Of a DNA stretch of 64,000 nt, positions 24,801 through 37,479 are shown piece after piece. The DNA is taken from NCBI GenBank assembly GCA_013265495.1, contig MU061538.1, positions 496,001 through 560,000 on the forward strand. Reading direction: 5' to 3'. Below the pieces are notes generated by a model. That model was not told where the DNA came from. It was given only the letters and a program-made list of their open reading frames with translations, and searched no databases. The position numbers were made by a program, and so were the translations under genes. The DNA is from Vicugna vicugna (Eukaryota). The stretch's first letter is position 1; each line of letters begins with the position of its first letter.

Positions 24801-26649
24801 AAACTCACAGTCCAGCAGAAAGACGGGGAGTCGCTTAGACCTTCCACACAGAGAATGCTTGACTGAAAATGTGGCTTCTCTCCAGGCCACCGTGAAGAGC
24901 CCACCACTAGGCAGCAGCGGCGTGCAGTAAGGACGTTGTGCGTCCTGTGGCTGACGCGCTTGAGCCAGTCGTGTCCTGTCTCTGTAATCTCTGCTCTGAA
25001 GCTGAGCTCCATTCCAGTACATTTCTGAAACTAAGTTACTGGATTAAGCAAACAGAATCAAGGGCGCCAGCATCTCATATCTAAATTACACATTGTGGGG
25101 CGAAAGCAATGAAAAGCCTTTTTTCCCCAAAAGGAAGCGTAACCGTTCGTGTCTGCAGACGGTCTTTGTCGTGAAAGATCCGCAGTGGCCAGGCGTGGAG
25201 CCCCCGGCGGGACGCACGGCTCGGGAGCCTCTCCCCACAGCACGGGGTGTTCTCCCCTCCTTGCCTTTTTTGGAGGGACCTTGCACAAACACCCTGCAGA
25301 ACCCACCCGCCCGCCTGTTACGGGGCCGCCGCCGCCGACACTCCCCGGGGATGCGCGTCTGCTTGATGCGCGTTGTCATCGCAGTCGCTGTGAGTCAGCG
25401 ACTGGTTTCCTCCTGCCCTCATGGAAGCTCGGGATCGGAGTCACAGCCCAGTCTCAGCAGTAGGTCTGCAGCACAATCTCCCACTGGGATTTTTTTCTTT
25501 CCCATATTTATCAATATTTTCCCTGGACCTGATATTTTTATTTACCAATTTTTCCGTTTTATTGTATGCATTCTTGTCTTTTCTAGGAAAAAAAGATAAA
25601 TAAACTGTAGTGCACAAACAGACAACTCCATAAACATGTAAAAATGCTGGCTTTCACCGTATGAGGAGTTTGGAGAATCAGATGCACGTTTCACCTTTAA
25701 CATTTCCTTACACGGGCATTACACGATGCGGCGTGAAGGGCGTTCTGTGTCTGTTCAGTCAGCAAGTGATTACTGCGTGCGCCTCCACACCAGGCCCTGG
25801 TGACCACGGCCCAGTCCCAGCTTAGCGTCCGTGGGAGGGATGGTCTGCACTGTGGGACTCGGTGCGCTCCCCTGGGCCAGACCGGGACTGGAAGAACAAG
25901 GCCTAGGTGGACGGGCACAGGACGGTGTCCTGGAGGAGGAAGGACATGCCGGACGTGGCAGGGAGGGAGCTGCGCGATCCTCACAGGTCAGAGTGGACTT
26001 CGCAGCTGAGCTGGGGACTCCTAAACCACGGAGAGTTTAGCTGGAGGGAGAGAGAACACCGTCTGGTACGAGTTTTCAGACTGGCCAGCTGGCCGTGGTC
26101 ATGGGAAGAACACATTGGGGAGGGGCAGATGGCAGAGTGGAGGGAGCGAGGCCAGTCGGGGGTCTGCGCGGGAGCCGAGTGGGCTGGCTTGGGGTGGCAG
26201 GCCTGGGGAAGGGGCGTGGGGGGCGGGCAGTCAGGGGACCCTGCAGGAGGCCCCACAGGCGGGAGGGGTTTGTTCTGCTGTTCAGAATCCAAGGGAAGAT
26301 ACAAGCGTGGAGGTGGCTGCGCAGGACCCAGGGAACTCAGGGCGGGGCTGAAACCGCAGGGCTCCTGTGCCCACGTCCACAGGGAGGGCCAGGGTCCATC
26401 GGCCTGGCGGGGCTGGTGGGAACGAGACCCCCAGACGTCTGCCCATCTGCGTTCGCTCCGTGTGGTGCTGGGACTCGTGCTTGAATGCGCGTGGTTCCAG
26501 CCTCCGGGTCTGCACCTTTGCTGAGTCATCGTGTCACACCTGGGGCCCTGCAGCACCCTGTCCCTCGGAGCAGGGCCGCGCTCGGCGGCGGGTGTGGGCC
26601 GGAGGCTCTGGGAGCCAGCGGGGTGAGCAGCGTGGTGGTCGGGGCCGCT

Positions 26650-26860
26650 GGCGGCTCATTAGCGCTGCCCCCTTCAGATTAGCAGTAATTAAACTGTGAA
26701 ATCAGACCAGCCGTCAGCCCGGACACCATGCCAGGCTGTCAGGGGCCATCGCGGGGGATAAATCACCGGCCCGTGCACGGCGGCTCCCCCTTGGCACGGG
26801 CCGGGCGGGCGGGAGGCGGAATAATGAGGGCATTCAGCCTCCCCTCTCGCGTGGACACTG
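26650..26860. promoter_or_regulatory. Candidate developmental enhancer (Hox/Pbx/Meis-type)
   Basis: CATTAG, GATTAG and GTAATTAAA (26685-26693), Meis CTGTCA 26736-26741, Pbx-Hox ATAAATCA 26758-26765. Motif-based only; conservation not measured. Confidence 0.45.
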
Positions 26861-28579
26861 GGCAGGCGCGCTGCCGGCCGTTGCCATGACGACGGCGGGG
26901 CGGGCCAGCGTGTCCCCGCTCGCCGGGCTCGGTGAGGACGACCGTGCGAGGTCAGGCCGGCATCACGGCCACTGCGTGTGTGACGGGCACACGCAGTGTG
27001 ACAGCCACTGTGTGGTGACAGGTGGGGCCCGGGGCCGGGCCACTCCGACCAGAGCCGGCGGGCCAGCAGCTCCTCCCAGGGAGCCTCCGCTCCGCTCTCC
27101 GAGCCTCCGTAGGTGGCCCTGGACTCCGGGTGCCAGAAGCGTCCCTGATCACTTCTCATTGTCGAGGAAAGAAAAGAGCCTGCAAGTAAAGCGAAAGCTG
27201 CTCCCTTCAGCAGAGTGCGTGAGATCAAGATACAGCGCTTTTTAAAATTTTTAAGGAACTCAGTATTATTTTCAAATTATTTTTCCTGAGGGGTGAGGTT
27301 TTTATTTTATTTTTAGAACTGCTTTTCTCTCCTGGCCGAGACACTTGGGCCGGGCCGGGGCCAGGCTGGCTGGGGTGGGGCGGGGGGTCACCCCCCGGCT
27401 GCGCTCTGCTTGTCCGCATCCCGTCACCTCGTGAAGATGAGCCCTGCATGGCCGAGGGCACACGCTGGCATCGGGGGCGGTGGGGCCGCTTCCTGCCCCC
27501 GAGAAGAGCCAGAGAGACAGCGCGCACTCCGCACAGGGACGCGCTGAGCACAAGGGCTGTGAGTGAGCCGCTCAGAGGAGCGTGCCGTCACCCACGCAGC
27601 ATGGACTCGCTGGACGTTCTCTGTGCATCTCCTGTGGTCTGGACTCGAGTTTCCAGCAGTGGAGGGAGCTCATCGAGATGCACCAACAGAGGTGTGTCTC
27701 GTTCACGAAATGCGTGGTGGTGGTTTTGCTGAATAAAGGTGTTAGTGGTTGGACCTCCGGGCGGTGTCCGCTCTTGTAGCGTTTGGTTTGAGGCGTGTTC
27801 TGGGAGGGGAGCTGGTCCGGGCTGGTGGCAGCGCCTCCTTCCCTGTGCACCTGCAGCGGCGGGAGCTGTGGGGGGCACGTTTCCATCACGGCACCGGGGG
27901 GTCCTGGACGCCCCTGCTGAGCCCCTTGTTAGGTCCTAGCTGCCTTTCCACCTTAAAAACCACTGATGGCCTGGACACGTGCTCCAGGTGGCTGCTTCCC
28001 ACAGGGCCACGCTGCTCTGGTCTGAGCACCGTGCAGACCACTGGTCCCCTCCCAGCCGTGTTTCTGAATGTGCAAGAATCAGCAACACCAGGACTGCATC
28101 TCAGGCCCAGAGCCTGAAACAGAACATGTACAGAACAAAGCCTGCATCTGAAGAACCGGGCCGGCCTGGCTCCATCACTGGATCAGCCCCCGATGGTCCT
28201 CACTGCTTAGAACTGGGTTTCTTTACACGTAAACGAGAGCGTTAATAATTCCCACGTCAGGGGCTGTGGTAAGGGTTTCTCACCGTTTACGTGCAGGAGT
28301 GATCAGAGAAGGTGTGAAGCTCAAGGTGTGTCACTAAGGCGGAAGGTGGCTATTCCGAGGAGGCCGGTGCGTGGGAGGGACGGCTGCCTCCCCTGGAGCC
28401 GGAGGGGCTGCGTGCACTGTGGGGGCTCCAGCCAGGAACCCCCCGAGCGGGTGTGCGGGGCGAGGAGGAACCACAGGACTGACTCCTGTGTCACGTTCGC
28501 GGCAGGGCATGGCCCTTGGTGGAGAGGCCAGGAAAGCTGGGAGGGGGCTCGGGGGCATTTGAAGGTCAGCAGCAAAACT

Positions 28580-28760
28580 CCTGCGAATCACTCAGCTCCC
28601 AGCACCCAGGAGAGCCAGCCACTTCACCTCCCGGTGCCTAAGCCTTTCCTCCATGAAATGGGGTGAGAACAGGGCCCCTGGCACAGGGTTGGGGTAAGGG
28701 TCCCGAGTCCCATGTGAGCCCCTGGGACAGAGCCTGGGACCAGCACGCACGCTACGTGAC
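28580..28760 (+). mobile_element. MIR SINE, degenerate
   Basis: Core agccacttcacctcccggtgcctaagcctttcctccatgaaatggggtgag resembles the MIR core. Minus-strand ORF 28592..29011 ends in the typical MIR translation PHFMEERLRHREVK. Confidence 0.65.
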
Positions 28761-29679
28761 AGCAGGTCCCCCGGAGTAGAAGCTCCCCCACAGCTCGGGT
28801 TTTGCTCCATGGTCGTACCTGCGGCGAGATGTTTGTTGACTGACTGGATGGGTGGGTGGATGGATGGATACAGAGGCTGACTGGTCAGTGCCCAGTGGGG
28901 CTGCCTCTCTGGGATGCTGCCAGGGGGTCTGGACCACAGACCCACCACAGACAGGATCCCGGTGTGGGCTTTCCGAGGCCGGAAGAACGCTGGCCATCTC
29001 CGCACAACCACCCTTCATTCAGAACAGCCCGCTTTCTCCTACCCGTGGCTGAGGGAGCCCCGGGGCTTGTGTCCACCCTGTCAGGAGAACGGGGCTGTCA
29101 GACCCTGTCCTGCGAGCAGGTAGGCAAGGGCAGCCTGAGTTCTCCAGGAGGTGGAGCGGGAAGAGGGGCAGGGCTCCAAGACCAGACTGCTTCCGGGTGC
29201 AGCTTCCTGGTGCGAGATTGGAGAGGACCACCCTCAGCCTACAGTTTTGGGGCACAGGCGGACCGTGGGGCTGGACTGAGCCAATGCCCTGGGCCCACTC
29301 CTGGGTGTTCTGGGCCCTGAGAGGACGCCCACGGCCATGGTTCCAGGGGCGGTGGGTCCCATTCCCTCAACTGGGCTCAGGCTGGGGCGGGGGTGACAGG
29401 CGGGGAGAGGCACAAGGACGGCAGAGGTGATCCCCTGACGCCTCACTTGCGGGGTGTGGGAATGGCCCCCACGTCCTGTTAGATTGTGGTGAGCACGGCG
29501 GGTGCAGACACGGCTGGGGGAGGACCCGCTGCGCATCACTGAGGCACCGTGTGCAGGGAGGGAGTGGAGGCAGGTGGGACCCGGGAGCCCTGGGCACTGT
29601 ACTCGGGAGGGGAGGCCCTAAACCACAGACACCGGCCTCTCCGCCTTCTCCACCCGTCAGCCACGTGTCTCCCCTCCCT

Positions 29680-30420
29680 CTTCTCTTGTGTGAAAGACGT
29701 AACACACAAATTACCGTTTTAACTATTTAAGCCCAGTCTGGTGGTGTTAGTGCATTCACACGGCTGTGCGGCCTCCGCCCCAGCTCCAGGACTTTCTCGT
29801 CTTCCCAAGTTGTAGCTCTGCCACCATCACACCTGAGTCCCAGACCCCCCCATCCCGCCCCCCACCTGCTCCCTGGGTCTGCGAACTGTCCTCCTTGAGG
29901 GCCCTCAAAGGGTGGCTCGCACGGGAGCCATCCTTCCGGGACTGGCTGCTACACCGAGCACAAGTCCTCCTGCTCCCCAGGCTGCAGCAGGTGTCAGAAC
30001 TTCCTTCCTTTTTGACGCTGAGTAATATTCCACTGTGAGGATGGACCGCACGTAGTTTAGCCATCAGTGGACATTTGCGTGGCTTCCACCTCCCAGCTGC
30101 TGTGAGCCACGTGCCGGAACATGGCTGCGCCCAGGTCTCTGAGTCCCTGCTTTCAGTTCTTCCGGATGAACACCTACAGGGGGGCTTGCTGGGTCAACTG
30201 GAGGTTCTGCTTTTAAGTTTTCAGAAACCGTCATCTGTCCTCCGCAGAAGCTGTACCGGTTTATGTTCCCACTGGCACTGCACAGGGGCTCCAATTTGTC
30301 CACAGCCTCACCGACGCTTGCCGCTTTGTGTGTGTGTGTGTGTGTGATCACGGCTCTCTGTCGGCGTGCGTGCAGCCTCTCCTGGCCTCGCTGCTTCGTC
30401 TCATGGCTGTGACTGAGGCC
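29680..30420 (-). mobile_element. LINE-1 3' fragment (L1MB-like)
   Basis: gtgtcagaacttccttcctttttgacgctgagtaatattccactgtg and cacaggggctccaatttgtccacagcctcacc. Minus-strand ORFs give L1-type text (HPHSGILLSVKKEGSSDTC; VGEAVDKLEPLCSASGN...PPVDPASPPVGVHPEELKAG). Confidence 0.9.
30327..30346. repeat. (TG)10 microsatellite inside the L1 fragment
   Basis: Read directly. Confidence 0.95.
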
Positions 30421-33400
30421 GGGGCTGTCTGAGGACCAGTCAGCAGCCCCTGGTCTGTGGGGACCATCTGAGCAGGAAGGGACACGGGACGAGGTGGCAG
30501 GTCAGCTGGGACGCTGGTTCTCTGGTGTCCCTGAGGGCGAGGGTGCTGGCAGGAGCCAGATTGCCCCAGGAGTGGTCAGCTCCGCCAGCGCAGCTTGGGT
30601 GGGGGACGCCAGGGCAGAGGGGGTGAGGAGGGCCCACCGCGGACCCTCATCACGGCCTCCCAACCGCTGTGGGCCGCCTCCCCTCCCCAGGGAGACCTGC
30701 ACGGCCACGAGGACGTCTGCCCGAGGCCGGCTCCTTCCCCAGCTGTGAAGTGGAGACGGTGGGCCCCCCCCCCGCCCCACACAAATCTGGTCCTCTGAGT
30801 GGTGCCTTTCCCTCCTGCCCTGTGAGACTCCACGAGGGAGGAGGGAGAGCTTGCCACCAGCCACAGCGCCGTCCAAGTGAAAAGTTAATTCTTAATGAAG
30901 GAAAAACCAACCAACAAGCGCATGAAGCCCTGAGCAGGCTGCTCTGCAGGCAGAGCCGGTGTGGCAGGCCGGGTGTGGGTGCTGGCCGCGGCTCTGAGTC
31001 CCGGGCCATGGGAAGAGCAGCCCGCAGACCACCAGGCCCACTCTGTCCGGCCAGCGAGCTGTGCTCCGGGACGAGGACCAGGTCACAGTTTTCCATGACT
31101 GGCCACCGGTCACCTCCCCTCCAGCTGGGAGGGCTGAGTCCAGGAGGACACCACCATCCCTGGGCAGAGCGCACACACTTGGCACATAGTGGGGGCTCCT
31201 GTTTTGGGAAACAGGTGGGAGAGAGGGTGCGACAAGGTCACGTCCCCGCCCGGGCCGCAGTGTGCACGACTGGGAGCGAGGCCCCCACCACCCGGCACTG
31301 TCCCCTGCACCCTGCGCTGGCCTCCAAGCCGGTGAGCAGTGGCTGTGGGACCCGAGGGAGGGACCTGGGCCACGCGGGTGTTGGGGTGGGACAGGGTCGT
31401 CACCACAGTGAGGGGACCCCCTCCAGAGGGGCTCTGCCACCTCCCCTTTGTGTGCTTCCCAGTGCTCACCCCTCACCTTTCACTCCTGAGGCTCTTAAAG
31501 GTTCTTCCAAATTTTAGACGCCTGGGGCCAGACTGCTGAACGGAAGCGGTGGTGGAGTGAGGCCAGGCCTGGCCTGGGGGGGGCTGGGGGCCCAGAAAGG
31601 ACGGCCCGGGGGAGCCGAAATTCCCTTTACAGTTTTGTGGAGAGTCTGTCCCGGGTCCAGATAATGGTCAGCTCAGGAGCTGGACTTACTGTGGTTTTAT
31701 TCGCATCATGAGCATTTAGGAAGTTCGGGCCGGGCGTGTGGAGTAGAATTTCAGGCCCACGGAACACAAGCTGGTAGCGCTGCCCCCGACTCTGCAGAGT
31801 CTGTTTCCCTGGGCGAGCCTGGGCACGGTCTCCCGGGGCTGTGGCCCCTGTGTGGGACGGGCCTGCACGGCCCTGGCTCCGCGACGCGTCAGGAGAGGGT
31901 GTGGGGCTAGTTAGTGAGCCCCAGTGAGGGGGGAACGGCCACCTTGTTGCAGGAATTCAGCAGACGGTTTGGGGCCCCTGGATCGGGGAGCAGCAGCTGC
32001 TCCCACGGCCTGCACGTCAGGTCCCTGCGCCCGGGGCTCTCTCTGGGGCCGTCTTACATCCCCAGGGTGGTCCCACAGCAGAACGACTAAAGCGTGTCCG
32101 AGAAGAGGAGATGAAGACCCTGGGAGGGGGCGCTGAGAGTCGCCCTCATTGCCCACCTGGTCTCGGGACATGGTGGTCCCATGGGCACTGCCAGCACAGA
32201 CCCCCCTCGCAGGAGGACCTCCCAGACCCCAGGAGCGCAGGGAGGCTGGACCAGCGCTGTGCCCCCCATGGTGTGAGCCTGCCCGCAGGGACTGGCTGGT
32301 CCCAGAGCACACGCCAACCTCAGCTCCAATGGCGCCCGTCATTTGATGGAGTCTCTTTTGAGACCTGTGAGTCACGAGCCCAGAATTTGCGGATCTGAAC
32401 GTGAAAATGGCTGACCAGTGAAGCACGGACTTGAAGATGCAGAGCGTCCAGGCCAAGCCGGGCGCCCGCCCCATCCGGTCCTGGCTTCCACCAGAAGGAG
32501 GCACTGGCCAGGGAGCACTGCGTCCTTCAAAGTCCAGCCTTCAGTTTGGCATTACGCGCGAGGCCTGTGTGTTCTGATGAGGAGCTGCCAGCGGCCGTGG
32601 CAGCTCAGGCATGCGTGTGCGGAGGCAGCCGCTTCCGAGGGCAGGCTCGCACGCTTTCCCCAGGTCCGCGGGCCCTGTGCCCGTCGGCAGGGCTGCCCGC
32701 TCTGCACCAGCCTTCCTTGGCTGCTCCCCTCACGTCTGTGCAGTCACTGCCAGGGGGATGTTCCAGGGCCACATCCAGATCTCACGGGGACCATCCACGG
32801 GGCCTCCCTGCGCCCACATCCCTCGGGGAGTTCCCTGGCACCTGCCATCCAGGGCCACCCAGAGTGAGGGCGGGGCTCACCAGGGCAGGTAGGCGTGCGC
32901 TGCAGTGAGCACCCATGATGTCCATGCTCAGATCTCGTTTTCATTGGTCTGTGCTCAAGTCAGCGGAGGAGGCGCCTCCCCTCCTCCTCCATCAGACCCG
33001 CAAGGCAGCCTCGTGGCTCCTGCACCTGCATCTCCTCACTCCAGGGTGTCGGCTCCTACGGGCCGTCCCCGGCTGGATCCAGACGCTGTCCAGCAGGTGG
33101 TCGCCTAAAAGCCTGGACCAGAGGGGTCCCTTTGGGCCCCACCGGGGAGCCTCGCTGCTCCTTCGGGGTCTTGGAAGCAGGGAGGTCCTACCTCAAGCCC
33201 TGTCGTGGGGCCTCTGTTTAAAGCCCTGCAGCGTCTGTCTGCAGCGCAGAGGGGTCTTCAGGCAATTACTTCTCTTACTCTTCAAAAGGAGTTTTGCAAG
33301 TTTAGACTTTTTTTAAATAGCATACTATAGTGACGAGGGCTTTTTACTTTTTTAAAAACACACATTTAGGAAACAGTGGGATCAGTGAGCGAGCTACACA

Positions 33401-34299
33401 GTGTCCGCACCTCCCTCCGTGGGCCACGTGCCAGCCAGCTCAGTAAGACGTGGACGATGCAGGCTCTGAGACCGGACGCGTCTCTTAAGCAGCCAGCGTG
33501 CGTCCCCAGACGCCTCCTCTCCGCACTTGTCTGTCCTCCCCCCGTTTCCCAGGTGGCCCGGGGCTCCTGAGAGCTCAGCGGCACCTGCACCTGCCAGCCT
33601 CTCGTTGGCGCCGTCGGTCACTGTGGGGCCTGGGGATGTGCGGGGTTCCTCCGTGTGACCTTCCTTCGAGGCCTGGCCTTCTTTCCCGTATCTCGAGCAC
33701 CTGGTGAGCGTGGCCCCTGTTGCGAAGCTGCTTCTGTTGGGGGCCGAGTGTTCCACCTGGAAGGTTCACACCCAGTCGCCCCGGGATCCCCTGACGTCAC
33801 TCTGTGGTCTCCCGGTTTCCTGCCAGGAGCCCGGGCCCACCTGCCAGTGAGGTCTTGTCCTCCCTGGCCCAGCCACGGAGGATTCCTTCATCGGACGCGT
33901 CCTTGAAGCGCGGCTCCTGTGCGCGGCTGTCACGGGGACTGTCTCCTCCGTCTGATTATCGACCGGCGCCTCAGTCCCTTCTGCATTGGCAGGAGGATAA
34001 TGGAGTGGAAAGGCCGTTTCTACTTTCTCTGAGCGGGTTCTCATCCGCCAGGAGCATACTGATTTTTTTTCTTGCCCCCCTCCCCCTGATTCACGCTCCC
34101 TCGCGCCTCCTGCGAATCTGAGCCGCAGCCGGTGTGCGCTGAGTCCCGTGCTGACGGCTTCCCAGGCCGTTTCTGCTCTGATCGCTGTGGTGGCTCGGCC
34201 GCTGTCGGGCGATGACAGTGAGATGGTGACATTTACTGCCGCCTCCAGCAAGACAGAGCCAAAACGCCAGCCCAGGCCCCACGTGGCAGCCACTGCCAA

Positions 34300-34480
34300 A
34301 GCCCCACCCGTTTAAGGATAGTCCTTGTTGGAAATACCACTTTCCCAGAGAATTCCACTTAAACACAAACACATTAATACTTTTTAATGTAAAAAATTCT
34401 TAACTGGTCACTACATTTTGTACAACTTCTCACATGTGTGTTTCGCTTAAAACTGCCCTCGTGGGTGCACAGACCCTGTC
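34300..34480. promoter_or_regulatory. Candidate enhancer, AT-rich NK/Fox/homeodomain island
   Basis: CCACTT 34337-34342, CCACTTAA 34355-34362 overlapping TAAACAC, CATTAAT 34372-34378. Motif-based only. Confidence 0.35.
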
Positions 34481-34895
34481 CACAAACTGTCAAAATGGTC
34501 ACCCTGTGTGTCGCTTTACGCCCAGCGTCACCCAGCGCTGCCCGGGGACTTGGGCACGGGACGCGGCCCGGGCAGGACTTGTGATGGCACAAAGTCCTCC
34601 CTTCCTTCTCCCAGTCAGAGATGATTCAACTTTACAAAACTCACCCATGGACCCACGGGTATAAATGTGAAGCTCTGAAGTTCGGTGAGAAGTTTCTCAA
34701 AGGAAGGCTCACTGAAATACTCTCTCGCTGCACCAAGTTCTCAGTGGCAATTTAAAAGTAACAAAAATCATCAGAAGTCAGTGCTCCGAGTTACAGCTGT
34801 TCTAGTTTCCTCCGCATTGTGAGGGCATCGGGTCCCGGGGAAGCGTCTTTCCAGCTTGCGTCATCTTAGATGGCAATGTTTGTTTTCCAGACAGA

Positions 34896-35120
34896 TTTTT
34901 TTGAACACCTTTACTGTGGGATGATTCCTGTGTGTAAACTGCACATATTTCAGATGTACATCTGATGAATTTTGATAGATGTGCACACACCCATGGAACC
35001 ACAATCGAGACAGCTCACGTTTCCATCCCTCCTCAAGAGGTGCAAATTCCGAATTCCCAGTTTATCCCTTCCCACCTCCTCTACCCCCTGGTAACCATGA
35101 GTCTGTTCTCTGTCTGAGTC
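34896..35120 (-). mobile_element. LINE-1 3'-end fragment or fragments
   Basis: taaactgcacatatttcagatgtacatctgatgaattttgatagatgtgcacacacccatggaaccac (L1M 3' end, antisense), followed by aattcccagtttatcccttcccacc...ggtaaccatgagtctgttctctgtc, a cetartiodactyl-type L1 tail. Confidence 0.65.
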
Positions 35121-37479
35121 CCAGACAGAATTTTAAACTTCCATTGAAGTAGGCCCCACTGTGGACTTTTCATCACAAACCTTAATTTCAGTGCAACTTA
35201 AGCGTCTACTTCAGTCTTTATCTGAAGAGGCCGGCTCCGTGTGGCACATGCCGTGTCAGGCGTTTGCACACGCGGTGGCTCCGGGGTCCTCGGACGGAGC
35301 GGGCAGAGCTGGGGGCTCGGGTGCCATCAGCTTCCTCTGGAACATAGGATGGTCACCAGGCTCCGTGCTTCCGGCTTGTGGAACGTGTCTGCCGAGTGGA
35401 CCTGCGTGCTCCTCGCCGTCCTGCCGGGACCCCTTACTGCAGGCCCGGCAGGCGTGGGGGGCTGGAGAGCGAGGCTTCCCAGGGATGGAGGTCGCTGGTG
35501 TCGAGCCTGGGGTGGGGGGCAGCTGGCAGGAGCTAGTGCTCGGCCATGGTGCACGTGGGTCTGGGGTTGCCAAGTCGAGGCCTGACTGCTGACTGGAGCC
35601 GCTTCCCAGCCTCCCAGGAGCCGGTGGTGTGACCTGGAGGTGAACAGGCCACTTCAGGGCGGGAGGCGAGGTCCACGTCGGCGGTGAGGAAGCAACGAGG
35701 CAGGAGGTGGGCCGGCTGAGAGGCCCCACCCAGACCGGAGAGGTGGACACTCCCAGAGACGGGTGGGGAGGCCGAGGGGGCCAGAGACACGCCCCTGGAG
35801 TTGCAGGCTTGGGCCGGGGCATCACCCGGTCCTGGTGGAGGAGGACCGGCTGGGGCGCTGGTCACATTTACTGGGCTCTTCTCAGGTGGTGTCCTGACGG
35901 CGCGAGGGGAAGCAAGCTGGCAGAAAAGCGCACCGAACGTGGTAACGGAGCGCCGCGCTCACCCACTGTGACCGTCCTAGCGGAGGGCCCCGGAGGCACA
36001 CTGCAGCGCACACTCCCAGCGTTTTTGTCGCTGGGGGTCCGCTGAGCACGTCCCCTCCCTGGAAGATCAGCGACTCATGAAACGGCGTCACAGGGAGACT
36101 TCGTGCTCCGGGGGCCACACGGCCCCCCAGGCCTGGGAGGGGCTGCCCCCAGGGGTTAGCCAGCCCTGCTTTGGCCCGGCCCGACGCCCGCAGAACCGCA
36201 GCACCACCGCTGCCGGCACCCTGCCCAGGCTGTCTCTTTGTTACCGACACCGCTGGCCCCAGCGAGGCCATCTGGGGCCGTGTCCGTGGTTGGACTCCCA
36301 CGGCAAGCAGTTTATGAGCCGAAGTCCAGGCCTCCTGAACGACGGCTGGGCACCCCCACCCCGGGTCTGCCCTCACTCCCGCCGTCTCTGATCACGTTTC
36401 CGGTGCTGGCGGGTAGCTATGCATCTGACTGTGATTGTTTTGCCTAAAACACCAGAGGAACAGATCTCGGCCAGCGCTCCAGGCCGAGACGAAGGTTCTG
36501 GAACCAGGAACAAGAACCGAGCGACTGGGCTGGAAGGGGTTTAGATCTAGGAGAAGTCTGCAGTCGGAGGGGGGCATCTGGCAAGGCGGGACCTGGAGTC
36601 TGGGTGAGGGAGCAGCTGGAAGACAGGCAGAGAAGCAAGAGAGAGGGGGTGTTCAGCACAGGCCAGGGGCCCAGACGACTGCCCCAGGAGACGCTGGGCA
36701 GGCGGGCTGAGGGCACAGACCTCCAGGCCTGGCCTGGACCTCGTAGTGGGTGGAAACTGGCTGTGCCCACCCCCGCCGCACTGGTGACACCTGACCTCTC
36801 CCTGCCGCACTGAACCGATGCTTTGATGTCTCTGCCCGAGAAACAAGGTGGCCACGCTGAGCAGGAGCTGCAGAGGGAGTAGCTGGGGACTTGGAAAATC
36901 CTTCCAGAAGCTGGGCTGGGCCCGAGGGGGGAGATGCAGGCTCAGGGCATCAGCACCAGCTGCTCGTAGCCAGGAGCTGGTGTTGATCTGGGCATGTCTG
37001 ACCCTCGCTGGTCAGGACACCGGACTGGAAATTTCTTGAGGCCACGTTCTGCAGGGCGCTTCCGGGTCCCACGTGGCCATGGTCCTGTCGAAGTCAAGAG
37101 CGGAGCTGTGTGCGTGTCCCCCCGCCCCCATCCTCCCTCCCTCTCTTTTCTGTTCTTCCTCCTTCCTCCTCTCCTAGGGAAGGAGTGTGTCCAAGGCGCT
37201 TTTCCCCACTGGGAAAGGGTCCCTCCTCTTTGGTGGGCACTGAAAACAAAGGGTGCTCACCACCCGGACTCCGCGCCACCCGTCTTAACCGAGGCACCAA
37301 GCAAGGGCAGCTCCACCAGTCCGCAGGGAGTAGAGACACGGGAAGGGAGCCTCGGGCACCCCGTCCCCTCTGCCCCAGCAGCCAGCCACGCCTGCCTGTC
37401 ACCTTTGAGGGGACCCGCCCCTGAGAGTGGACAGGAAGCTCGCCTCCCTGCCGGAGGTCTTCTCCAAGGGCGCGAGGAG

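Noticed and set aside
16524-33100. Near-CTCF motifs (ccagcaggtggag near 16524, ccagcaggtggtc near 33090)
   Set aside because: Imperfect matches that are common in GC-rich DNA; they cannot be called without PWM scoring or ChIP.
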